Of a DNA stretch of 64,000 bases, positions 13,830 through 25,140 are shown piece after piece. The DNA lies in the NCBI GenBank assembly GCA_030390025.1, contig CM059431.1:125428001-125492000 (forward strand). The letters are read 5' to 3'. How positions within the stretch are numbered: the first letter of the stretch is position 1; each line of letters opens with the position of its first letter. Position numbers and translations under genes: made by a program. The DNA is from Squalus acanthias. Lineage: Eukaryota. A model generated the notes under the pieces. That model saw nothing but the letters and a program-made list of their open reading frames with translations. It did no database searches and was not told the origin of the DNA.

Positions 13830-14719
13830 TCCATTGAAGGTGGGGAGTGCTCTGGCTGGCATACAGCGGCACATTGCAGAATGGCTCAGCGACCGAGGGA
13901 AAGGGTGTACAGATTCTCGGATGCAGCACTAGAGGCTCTGCTGGAGACATTTGCGGGATCTCGCAGTCGGTGGCACACAAATGCATAAGGCAGGCGACTG
14001 ATGCCTTGTTTGCCAGGGCTGGCAATTATGTCAATTTTTCCTGCAATGAAGCCAGTCAGGTTTGCGGTTCTGGCTGTCTTCCCACAGGTGCAAGGCATTA
14101 TTGACTGCAAGCATGTGGCACTTAAGGCACCCATAGATCACCCAGGTGTGTTCAACAACTGCAAGGGCTTCCACTCCATCAATGTGCAGCTGGTGTGCAA
14201 AAATATGTTTATGCAGGTGTGCGCAAGATTCCCAGGCAGCTGCCATGATGCTTTACTCCTGCGCCAGTCCACCCTCCCTGACCTCTTCGCACCTCGAAGT
14301 AGAGTTACCGGCTGGCTGCTTGGAAACAAGAGATATCCACTTCAAACGGGCTGATGACACCTCTCAGAAACCCAAGGAATGAGGCCCAGGAACAATAAAA
14401 TGAATGCCATATAACCGCCAGATGTGTCATCGAACAAGCCATCAGCATGCTGAAGATGCGCTTCAGGTTCCTGGACAGATCTGGAGGCACCCTTCAGCAC
14501 GCACCAGCCAGGGTGTCTAGAATGGCCATGTTGTGCTGTGATCTGCACAACATTGCGCAGCAGCAAAGTTTGGACCTGCAGGAGGAACAAGGCACAGAGC
14601 TCAGAGCCTCTTCAGACAATTCTGAGGAGGAGGAGGAGGCAGAAGGTGATGTGGTCAATGCACCACCAGCGGCGCACATTGCTGCCCGGGATGCCCTCAT
14701 TATTGCGAGGTTCACTTAG
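13830..14719 (+). pseudogene. Harbinger (HARBI1-like DDE) transposase remnant of H0
   Basis: [56 protein letters not shown]. Confidence 0.85.
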
Positions 14720-16062
14720 GTTCTAGCAGTGTACCCATCTAGCAACCACATGCAAAAGCCACTTTTGCTCCTTCCCCAATTGCCACTAACACAAAGCAGT
14801 CCTGAAAACAACCTATCCTCCATTTCACAGCTCCCCCATTGCTTGATGTCAATTCATGTCTTCAATTTCATCATCACACAACTGAAAAGGCCACTTGCCA
14901 GCCAGCAACCAAGAATGGACAAGAGGGGAAACTGATGCAAAACAATAATATTTATGTGGCTCAAATATAAAACAGAAACTTAACATTCTAACAACTTGCA
15001 ACACACCCATGTGCATACCCTTGTGCAATTACAAATCTTTACTCTTCCTTTTCTGAGCATTTCTATGTGATGTAACCACTGTGGCTTCAGCACAGGTAGA
15101 GGCAGGCTGTTCAGAGCCCCGTTCTGATTGCTGAGATGCTCTTGGCTGACGTCCTCTGGGTTTTGGAGTCTGGGAGGGCACCGCCAAAGACAGCTCCAAC
15201 TGCCCCTTTGCAGGGGCAGACTCAGCCATCGGGTCAGGAGGTAGCATGTTGGGGGGGCAACAGGTGAGAAGTGGAAGAGCTTTGAGCCGAGGCCCCAATT
15301 CCATGTCCGCTTTCACCATCATCCCTCTCATGGCCCAGCCACACTTCTTTGCTAGCAATGTGCTGGAGAACACTTTGCTGCAGATCAGTTGGGGGATGAA
15401 AGGCCACGGTTAGGGTATCATTCATCCAATTTTATATGCAAGCCATTGGTGAACGCTTGCATGCACTCGTGTGATTGCCGTGTTTGATGCTCCATGGATG
15501 AAGACATCATCGCAAAGGCCTGCGACATCATGCCACTCATGTTTGAGACGGACTCCTCCAATCTCTGCAATTGTGCAGCTGGAACACCTGCCAGTACATT
15601 ATAGATTCTCTGCTGCTGCTCAAGTAGTATCCTATCCATCTGCGGCCCCCGGGGTACAGCATCTGTGTCCAGCTTGGAGAGTCCTGCACCCTCCGATGTG
15701 AATTGTGGGTCCTGAGGTCAACGGCTGTCCGAGACAACGCTTGCCGGGTTCCAGGGCTCTTACCAGACGCCGTTCCAATGGATCGGCGCTGTGAGGTTCC
15801 TGGGGTATTTTCTCAGCTTTATGACTTTTTCCCGCTCGTTCAGTATTGGGCCCCACCCCCTGCTCCAGCTGTCCAGCTCACTGCGCGGCATGTGAATTTA
15901 AGTGTATGGGAGCTTACAGATCCATCCGCACACCTTAGAGAGAACATAGCAGAACATCCCTCCTTCTCTGGACCTCCTCCCCCAGGACCTCCAATGCCAC
16001 ATCCGAGAACCTGTGCGCCCTCTCTCTCCAACCCTGAGCCATCCTGAAACCTGCCACTGTGT

Positions 16063-17380
16063 GTAATCAAGGGCCCATCCAAAAGACATTAATATGTAAA
16101 ATCCCAACGACTCTACGATGAGAGAGCCGTTAGCGGGTAGTTATACAAAACACTTGGAAGCCCCAAAACCCCTCCAGGGAGAACACCGACCGATTTAACA
16201 ATGGGAGAAATATTAACAGGTACTCAGACAGTTACGAGTAGCCCCGAAACCCATTAAGAACGGAGATCACCCATACAAGACATTTGAGCGCCAAACCCAA
16301 ACAAAAGAAAGGACATTAAGGTTGGGCGGGAAACGGAAGATTTTGTACTATAATTACAAGCTCCAACCGTCCATCTCTCTCTTATTCTCTTATCCGATCG
16401 ACTCGTAACCTCGTGGCTGCTCCTGTGTTTTGACTCGTAGTCTTGTTCCTGCTTGCCTGGTGCCTCTTTGAAAAAGACTGTTGAACTTTCTGATCCGTTC
16501 GGATCTACCTCGTGTCGCGTAACGAAGACCTGTATTGGTAACCGGTATCGGAACCAAAGGCCCGAGATGAGATGAGATGAGATGAGATGAGAAGAGAGGA
16601 AGACCATACTCATCGCCACGGTCAGTAAATCCCGACCGCGCCCGTAGGTCGAATAGCCAAGTTTTCCTTGCCAGGAAGACTTCTTTGAACTTGCAAGAAC
16701 GGATTATCACCGATGATATTGACTGGTCTGGATTCGGACAGTGCCTGTTAAACCAACCAACACAGATCTTCATCACAGCAGACGTTCTAGCCTGCTAGCC
16801 GGAGCAGAAGCAAGTAAACAAGTGGGACCAGGAGATCTCCTGATCGACACGTGGGTGCTGCGGTGAAAAACATCTGATCAGCTATTCGGAATTTCTCCGA
16901 GTTATCACGAGTGGTGAGCATGAGTCTCGAATTCCTACGAATCTAGCTAGGACAGATATTGATAGGGGAGGGTTTAAGTATTAAGGATACTTGTAATGTG
17001 TGCCCCTATTTACGGTGTGTCGTTCGTTCCTCGTTTCCCTAGGATCAGCTATATAACTGCTTGTAAGATTGTACTGTCATTAATCTGTGCTTATGACATG
17101 TATTTCGTAATCTTAAATATCATGCAATAAAGATTTTCCATTTCGTACCATTCAACCGAGTCTACATGAGTTTCATCTCCATTACTGCTCTCGCATCTAA
17201 GTCCAGTGTCTAGAACCGTAAGGGCGAGTGATTCGAACCACTCACAGGTGTGTCTAGTGCTCCCAGACTGGCTGGAGACCAGAACAGGCAACAAGGCCTA
17301 AACCCGCACTGACATACAGGCTGCACAGAGCCGCGTGAATCTCACAGGCTGCGAGACACGCAGGGTCAGAATCCCTTACA
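16063..17380 (+). mobile_element. 5'-truncated LTR of the same retrovirus family, very close to the LTR at 54946-56630
   Basis: Aligns to 55263-56630 and ends ...ATCCCTTACA. No PBS follows. About 315 bp of the U3 end and the TSD are missing. Confidence 0.9.
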
Positions 17381-19029
17381 AGCCAGCACACTCCACACCT
17401 TCAGTGGAAGTGAGTGCGTTGAGCCCACATATACCACTCCATGAAAATCGTGTTTAATCAGCTCGAGTGCTAAACGCGCAGGTTTTGGTTTCAGTGTCTT
17501 CAGGCACGTTTAAATCATGCTAATCATCAATTAGCCTGAAAATTGCATGCTAAATCCACACTTTCAAACAGGTGTTTCTTATTAGCAGCACCCATTTAGT
17601 GCCTGTTTTCACCCTTTCATCAAAATAACTCCCAAAACGTTTTATATTCTGCTAAGTACAAGCAAACATTTAAAAGTAGTCATACATAAGACATTAATGA
17701 AACCAACCGTGTTTCTTTTTCTGTGACAGTGTTTCTGGAAGTCCTAAATAAAGTACCATCACTTGAAGAATAGAAATCTACATCTTATTTGAAGCCAATC
17801 TCTACATTTTTACATCAAATAATCTCTCAGCTGGCATCCAGCTAAGGACTCTCTGAAGTATCAAAGCCTCAAATACCAAGAGTGTAAGCACAGATTCTGT
17901 CTTCTTATTTGGCAGGCACACAATTCCCAGAAATGGCCAATCATCTCTGCTCTAAAATCCTAACAGGCATTATAAAAATATTGCACATTTAATATTAAGC
18001 TGCTGAGCATGTCATGTGTGCTATGGCAATGGCATAGTATCACTTGCTAAGTATAAATTGATTCAGGTTTGTAAACACGATACATTTCTTTTTACAAAGC
18101 TCTTTGTTGAATCAGCATTTGGGGAGGGGCTTTTGACTGTACAATGATTCATGCTGTGAAACAGCCAAAAACCAAACCACACGCAGTCTTATCGCACTGT
18201 AATGCAAGAGATTAATAAATAAGAGCCTTTTTATCATAAACTTTGCACACAACAAGCTTTGTTGTTTGCCTCACTGCAGATTGCATTGAAATGTAAATCA
18301 ATTCCAGTTTATTGATTGATGTTACCTGGTAAAATTGCTTCCTTAAATCAAAATGATTAATTTCTACCAATATAATTATATAATGTAAAGCAAATGACAT
18401 GTTGAATTGATATATAACATAGTGGCCCTCCACACAGTATATTTTATGGTATAGGTACAATTTAGATCAAAGACTAAATGATACATGGGCCGGAATTTTC
18501 ATTCGTCCGTGCGTGCGGGATTGGAGGTGGGTCGGGAGTGAAAGTGGAAATAAATCACAGCGGGTCAGGAACCTGCCGTCATCCCACCTCCTCACGCCTT
18601 TAACTCGGGCACGTTTGCCAGAGCGGCAGCGAACCAAACGGCAGAGGCGGGCGAACTAATTTAGATCATTATCAGCTTATTGTCAGACCCTTAACCATCT
18701 TTTTAACCATACCTTTTAAATTTCACTGCATGACCATGGGAATCACAAAGCTGAGGAACCACGTCTGTCAAGCTGAGGCGGAAGTTCAGTGGCCATTGTT
18801 CGAGGTCATTACTGCAGAGCATGGAAAGCACAATAAGTACTGCCACCTGCTTACTTTCCTAAGTGAAATGCTTTTTCTGAGTGCATTTTCAGCACAGATT
18901 TAGGTCTCTAGAATTTGCAAGTCTTTTCTGCAAATTCAGAAACCACTGCCACCTCATTGCTACTACCTATCACACCATTGACAGATTGCTTCTCTGATCT
19001 CTACTTGACCTGCCATCTATTACATCAGC

Positions 19030-20372
19030 ATGGGTGCCATTTATACTGTCTCACCTTGGTCCTCAGAATCGGACAACGATGAGCCCCAACACCAGCAGCA
19101 CCAGGCACACAAGCAGCAGCAGCAACGACACCACCAACCTTCTCCTCAAAGATCTGATGCTCCAGAGGACAAAGGGCATCACAGGGTATACAGACAGAGG
19201 ATGAGATTTGCAACATGACTGAGCAGCAGTGCCAAAGGAGGCTCAGGCTATCACACCAGGTCATCGCAGACATTTACACGTTGCTGGAGCAAGACCTGCA
19301 GCCCAGAAGACCTGGTGGACACGCCTTACCAGTGCTTGTCAAAGTCACCAGCACCCTCAACTTCTTTGCCTCAGGCTCCTTCCAGGGATCTGCAGCAGAC
19401 ATTTGCGGCATCTCGCAGTCGGCCACCCACAGATGCATCACACAAGTCACCGATGCCTTGTTTCACAAGTCAGCCAATTATATCAACTTTACCACTGATG
19501 AAGCCAATGTTACTGAGCGGGTGCTGGGCTTTGCCACTCTGGCTGGCTTCCCACGGGTGCTGGGCATCATTGACTGCACACATGTGGCCACCAGGACACC
19601 CCATCATAACCCAAGAGTGTTTGTCAACCGCAAGGGCTTCCACTCCCTCAATGTGCAGCTTTCTGCAAACATAGGAAGATCATCATGCATGTGTGCGTCA
19701 CATTTCCTGGCAACTGTCATGACTCTTTTGCCATGCACTCGTCCACCCTCCCTCAGCTCTTCACTCCTCCAAACAGACTTTCCAGCTGACTGCTTGGAGA
19801 CAAGGGCTATCCACTGAAGACGTGGCTCATGACACCCTTGAGGAAGCCAAGTACTGAGGCCCAGGAGAAATATAATGACAGCCACATGTCCACCAGATGT
19901 GTCATAGAGCAAACAGTAGACATGCTGAAAATGAGCTTCAGATGCCTAGACAGATCTGGAGGAGTCCTTCAGTATGCACCAGCCAAGATCTCCAGAATCG
20001 TCATTATCTGCTGCGCGCTGTACAAGACCTGATGCTCCAGAGGACAAAGGGTATCACAGGGTATACAGACAGAGGATGAGCTTCCTCAACATGACTGAGC
20101 AGCAGTGCCAAAGGAGGCTCAGGCTATCACACCAGGTCATCGCAGACATTTACACGTTGCTGGAGCAAGGCCTGCAGCCCAGAAGACCTGATGGACACGC
20201 CTTACCAGTGCATGAGGAGCAAGAGCGCACAGCCTCTTCAGAGGAGGAGGAGCATCAGCTGGAAGATGAGGAGGAGGAGCAGGAGGAGCCTGCGGTCCAG
20301 ATGCCATCAGCACCTGAGCACACTGCTGCCTGGGAAGCCAGGGATGGGCTCATCATGGCCAGATTTACTTAA
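19030..20372 (+). pseudogene. Harbinger transposase pseudogene of H2 (frameshifted, with internal duplication)
   Basis: [53 protein letters not shown]. Confidence 0.88.
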
Positions 20373-20688
20373 CTTCATGCATTACACCCATATGGCTGCC
20401 ACATGCTGCACCAAGCTCCCCCCGAAAGCCCCCCCCCCCCCAACGCACAACAACTCCATAAAGCATCCCTACAATGACCAAGCTATTCCTTTCACATTGA
20501 CCTCCATTGCTGGAGGTAACGTTCTGTCTCACCATTCACTCCAACTCACAAAGCCACTTCCAAAGTAGCTGACAAAATTGGGCATGACCTGAAAGTGGTG
20601 AAAATAAATAGTTCTATATGTGACAGAAGAGTAACGGAACCTTAACAGAAACAGTTCTTTAAACACCCAAGTGCTTACCCTTGTGCAT

Positions 20689-22517
20689 CTACTTCTGTGT
20701 CATCTTTCTCTTATGTGTGCTTCTACAAGGTTCAACCCCTGTTGTTTCAGCAGAGGTAAAGGCAGCCTGTTCCTTCCCTGCTGCGACTGCATAGACATGT
20801 TTGGCGGACTGGTGGATGTCCTCTGGGTTTTGGAGCCTGTGATGGCCCCGCCGAAGTCTGCTCGTCCTGCGACTGTACAGGGGCAGACTCCGACATCGCA
20901 ATCCCAGGAGACGTCTGGGGCTCTGATTGAGAAGGAGGAAACAGGGGATAAGTGTGAGCACTTTGAGAGGAGCCACAACTTCCATGTCCCCTCTCACCAT
21001 CATCCCTCTCATGGGCCACCATCACGTCCCTGCTAGCAAGGAGCTGGAGCACACCTTGCTGCACAGCAGTGGGGCCATGAGGACCCAAGTCTACGTTGAC
21101 ATACCTCTTAGAGGTCTATAAGCCTCTGTCATCTATTCTCCACAGATAGCACGTGCTCATGTGAGTGGTGCATTAACTGCTCCATGCAGGTGGCCATCCT
21201 ATCCATGGATGAGCCTACAGTCGCCATTGCCTGCACATTTGCAGACATTGCAATCGCAAAACTTGTCAGATCCTCCTGCATGTCTTCCTACAGCTCCAGG
21301 ATCACCCTCTTTCTTGATGGCCCCCAAGGCTCAGCGTCTGCATATAGCTGAGCAGAGCTGTGAGCGTCCTGCGCCCTCCGGCGAGGTGTCTCCACTGCTG
21401 TTCCTGTTAACACCATCGGCTCTTGTTCACTTGTGACTTTTGAGACACCAGGTGACAGCACTACTCTATCTCACATAGGACCCACCAAGATGAGCGTATC
21501 TGCGCTGGTGCTGGGTACGCTTATGTCTGGTGACGATGCACCCTCAGAAGCTGTAGGCTCCTCTGAGGAGTCGTCTTCCTCTTCTGCCTGGACAGTGGAG
21601 GGGGGCTCTTGATTGACCTGTGAGAGAGTAAAGAGATTATTTAGAAATGTCATATCAAGAATGGGTAACAATACCATTCTGCACATGATGAACATTCACT
21701 GGCTGCTGACATCAGTCCCCATATGAGTGACTGCTGTATGCCATGTGGCTGTATGAGAGGTAACTCTGTCACCAGGTTGCTGAGATGTCCCCCTCTCTCC
21801 GTCTCCCATCACCAGCAGCTCGGCAGCTCCTGAGACGTCCAGGGCGACCTCCTCTGCTGGAGTCAACATGGCCATTGATGGAGGGCCACCTCCGGTTTTC
21901 TCCCTCTCCCTCTTATTGTGGGCTCTCTTCTCCTGCAAGGAGGAAAGAAGAGAAGGCCGAGTGAGAGTGATTGAATGAGTGTGAGGAATGGATAGGTAAC
22001 ATATTTAGAGGGTGACTATGATAGAGTGGGGTGGCAATGCCAAATGGCCTCCTTGTGTGTTGTTCGTTGGTTTCATTGCATTAGGATGAGGGTGAGTGTG
22101 AGGGGTGGTTAGCCAGGTGGGGATGTGATTCTGTAGATAGAGAGAGAGGGATGGGTGGACTTGCAAGGTATGTTGGTGTGAGTAATGATGTGAAGGAGTA
22201 GGCTTGGGAAGGCAGAGTGATGAGGATGTGATGAGAGGCACAGCAGGATAAAGTTGAGTATGGCTTTGCACTCACCTTATCAGATCTAATGAGATCATTG
22301 AAGCGTTTCCGGCATTGCACCCAGGTCCTCCTCAAAACATCCCTGCTGTTGACCTCCTCTGCTATTTAGAGCCGGGCTCCTTTGGTCTGCTGGGAAGGTC
22401 TCTTGCGCCCATCGAAAGGGAAGATGACCTCCCTGCGTGCTCTCACTCCCGCCACAAGGATATATGCAGGGAGTCATCTGAGAACCTGTGTGCAGCCCTC
22501 TGCCTCTGTGCAGTCAT
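20689..22517 (-). pseudogene. Harbinger Myb/SANT-like DNA-binding partner gene of H2 (about 3 exons, decayed)
   Basis: MTAQRQRAAHRFS..., RTWVQCRKRFNDL, EKRAHNKREREKTGGGP. GT-AG junctions near 22275, 21933/21772 and 21618. Convergent on the transposase. Confidence 0.75.
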
Positions 22518-23119
22518 GTGTACAAGGCTCAGCAAGACCCAAAAGCTAAAATGTACAGCCTGCCCACTCCTAGATGAACCTTTAAATGCAATGTGGCTAA
22601 GGGTCCTTTAAATATCCCGAGTGGAAATGAGTCATCAATGATGTCATCAGACCCACACCATGTAATAGGGCTGGGAAACACGCTGGCCTGACTTAATAGG
22701 CGCCATTACGGGAAAGTCACTCTGAGGAGCGTAATGAAAAGAACAACGGAGCTGATAAGTCCCCGGGTCCTGATGGACTTCATCCTAGGGTCTTAAAAGA
22801 AGTGGCTAGTGAGATAGTTGATACGTTGGTTTTAATTTTCCAAAATTCCCTAGATTCGGGGAAGGTTCCATTAGATTGGAAAATAGCGAATGTAACTCCT
22901 TTATTCAAAAAGGGAAGGAGACAGAAAGCAGGAAACTACAGGCCAGTTAGCTTAACATCTGTCATAGGGAAGATGTTAGAAGCTATTATTAAAGACGTTA
23001 TAGCAGGGCATTTAGAAAAGTTCAAAGTAATCAGGCAGAGTCAACATGGTTTTGTGCAAGGGAAATCATGTTTAACCAATTTATTGGAGTTCTTTGAGGA
23101 AGTAACATGTGCTGTGGAT

Positions 23120-24716
23120 TGTAAGGGATACTCTCCTGACCCTGCGTGTCTCGTGGCCTGTGAGGTTCACGCGGCTCTGTGCAGCCTGTATGTCAGTGCG
23201 GGTCTAGGCCTGGTCTCCAGCCAGTCTGGGAACACTAGACACCCCTGTGAGTGGTTCGAATCACTCTCCCTTACGGTTCTAGACACTGGACTTAGATGCG
23301 AGAGCAGTAATGGAGATAAAAACTCATGTAGACTTGGTTTGAACGGTACGAAATGGAAAATCTTTATTGCATGATACTTAAAATTATGAAATACATGTCA
23401 TATGCACAGATTAATGACAGTACAATCTTACAAACAGTTATAATCACTCTTAGGGAAACGAGGAACGACCAGCACAACGTAAATAGGGCACACATTACAA
23501 ATATCCTTAAACTTTAAACCCTCCCCTATCAATAACTATCCTAAAACTAGCTTCGTAGGATCCCGAGACTCATGCTCACCACTCGTAATAACTCGGAGAA
23601 AATCCCGAATAGCTGATCGGATGTTTTTCACCGCAGCACCCACGTGTTGGTCAGGAGATCTCCTGGTCCCACTTGTTTACTGCTTCTGCTGCTCGGTCAG
23701 TCGGCTGGACCGTCCGCTGTAGTGAAGACCTCTGTTGGTTGGATACAGGGTATGGTGGAGCACCGTTGTCAATATCGCTGATACGATGTGTTTGCACAGT
23801 CCAGTTATCATCGATGCAATATGTCTTGTTAAAGAAGAAAACTTCCTGTCGAGAAGACTTGGCTGATCGACCTACAGGCGCGGTCGGGATTTACTGACCG
23901 TGGCGATGGATAAGGTCTTCTTCTCTTCTCCTCTCATCTCATCTCATCTCATCCCGGGCCTTCGGTTCCGCTGCCAGCTACCAACATAGGTCTTTGCAAC
24001 AGTCTTTTACCCAGGAGCAGCCACGATGATAACAGCAGCAAGCGGCAAGAGTCAAGAGCAAAAGAGCAAGAGTCACGAACACGAGGCAAGAGAGCGAATG
24101 GACGGTTTGGGCCTGCAATTATAGTGCACAGTTCTTCCGTTTCCCGCCCAACTACAATGTCCATTCTTTTGTTTAAGGTTTGGCGCCCAAAAATGTCCTG
24201 TATGGGTGATCTCTGTCCTTAATGGGTTTCGGGGCTACTCCTGAATGTTTGAGTACCTGTTAATATTTCTCCCATTGTCAAATCGGTCGGTGTTCCCCCT
24301 GGAGGGGTTTGGGGCTTCCAAGTGTCCTGTATAACTACCTGCTAACGGCTCTCTCATCGTAGAGCCGTTGGGAGTTTACATATTAATGTCCTTTGGATGG
24401 GCCCTTGATGGCTTTCCTTTGTACCTGGGAGACCGATCCCAGTATCGATGTTTATACTGTAAACCCATAATGTCCTGTGTATTGTCTTCACTGTGCTGAA
24501 TCGTTATCGATCCTGCAAAAAAATGTTTATTGGAACGCCATCTTGTCTGCCTGCCGAAAAGTCTCGAATGTTCTGTCACGCGGTGCGGCGGCCATTTTAC
24601 AGGCTGCTTGTGTCCAATTTAAACCTGACAGCATTCCGCTGAAATAAAAGCTGTTTTGAACGAAACTTGTGTTTTCTCCTTATAAAAATGAAATCGCGAT
24701 AATTGCGAATTCTACA
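23120..24716 (-). repeat. 3' LTR (1597 bp)
   Basis: Appears identical to 34095-36131 apart from the SINE. AATAAA on minus at 23363-23368. (GAGAT)n microsatellite near 23930. Confidence 0.95.
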
Positions 24717-24728
24717 GTCCCTCCTGTT
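24717..24728 (-). other. Polypurine tract
   Basis: AACAGGAGGGAC abuts the TG of the 3' LTR. Confidence 0.75.
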
Positions 24729-25140
24729 GATGCGAATAACTCCGCTTATCGTATCAAAAACTCAGTGGTGAGCAATCTTATCTCGATTTCACTCCGAATC
24801 CAGTAAATTAATCCCATAAAATTTTAACTTCACTAGGGTCTCTGTGTCGTCCTTATTTCCCAAGAAAATCACACTTTATATCACCATAGGCATCATTTGC
24901 CCTTAAACTTACACCACTTGTTTTCCTTCCCGGCGTAACCAGGCCGATACCTCACGCATCACCTGTATATTTATCTTTTATTCAAGGGAAGGAAAAACAA
25001 AACCCAAAAAACCAAACAATCAACACCATCACCAAAATAAACAAATCCCGACTCTTAAACATGTCGAGTTTCCAACGTATTTACACTGAGTACAAACTTC
25101 CGCGGCGCACGTGGCGAGCGGGAGTGACGCCGTTTTCCCA

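Larger units (their letters stand above)
7514..17633 (+). mobile_element. Decayed PIF/Harbinger transposon H0 with ~95-bp TIRs, hosting H1 and an LTR fragment
   Basis: 7514-7609 is the imperfect reverse complement of 17541-17633. Transposase remnants lie at ~13830-14719. Confidence 0.8.

Noticed and set aside
16062..16070. TGTAATC as an alternative LTR terminus
   Set aside because: No TSD matches the right flank (AGCC), and adjacent host transposon sequence also appears to be missing. A deletion explains it better.
19030..20372. Domesticated HARBI1/NAIF1-like host gene pair
   Set aside because: It is multi-copy, frameshifted and bounded by TIRs and TSDs, so these are transposon relics.
22802..23374. 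190-aa ORF (and 36118-36705) suggesting a novel chimeric protein
   Set aside because: It is CR1 RT running into antisense LTR sequence at the integration junction, so it is an artefact of insertion.
23673..24164. Short ORFs in the LTRs as possible accessory genes
   Set aside because: They are identical only because the LTRs are identical. Frames and lengths are not preserved in the other LTR variants, and no motif is recognisable.
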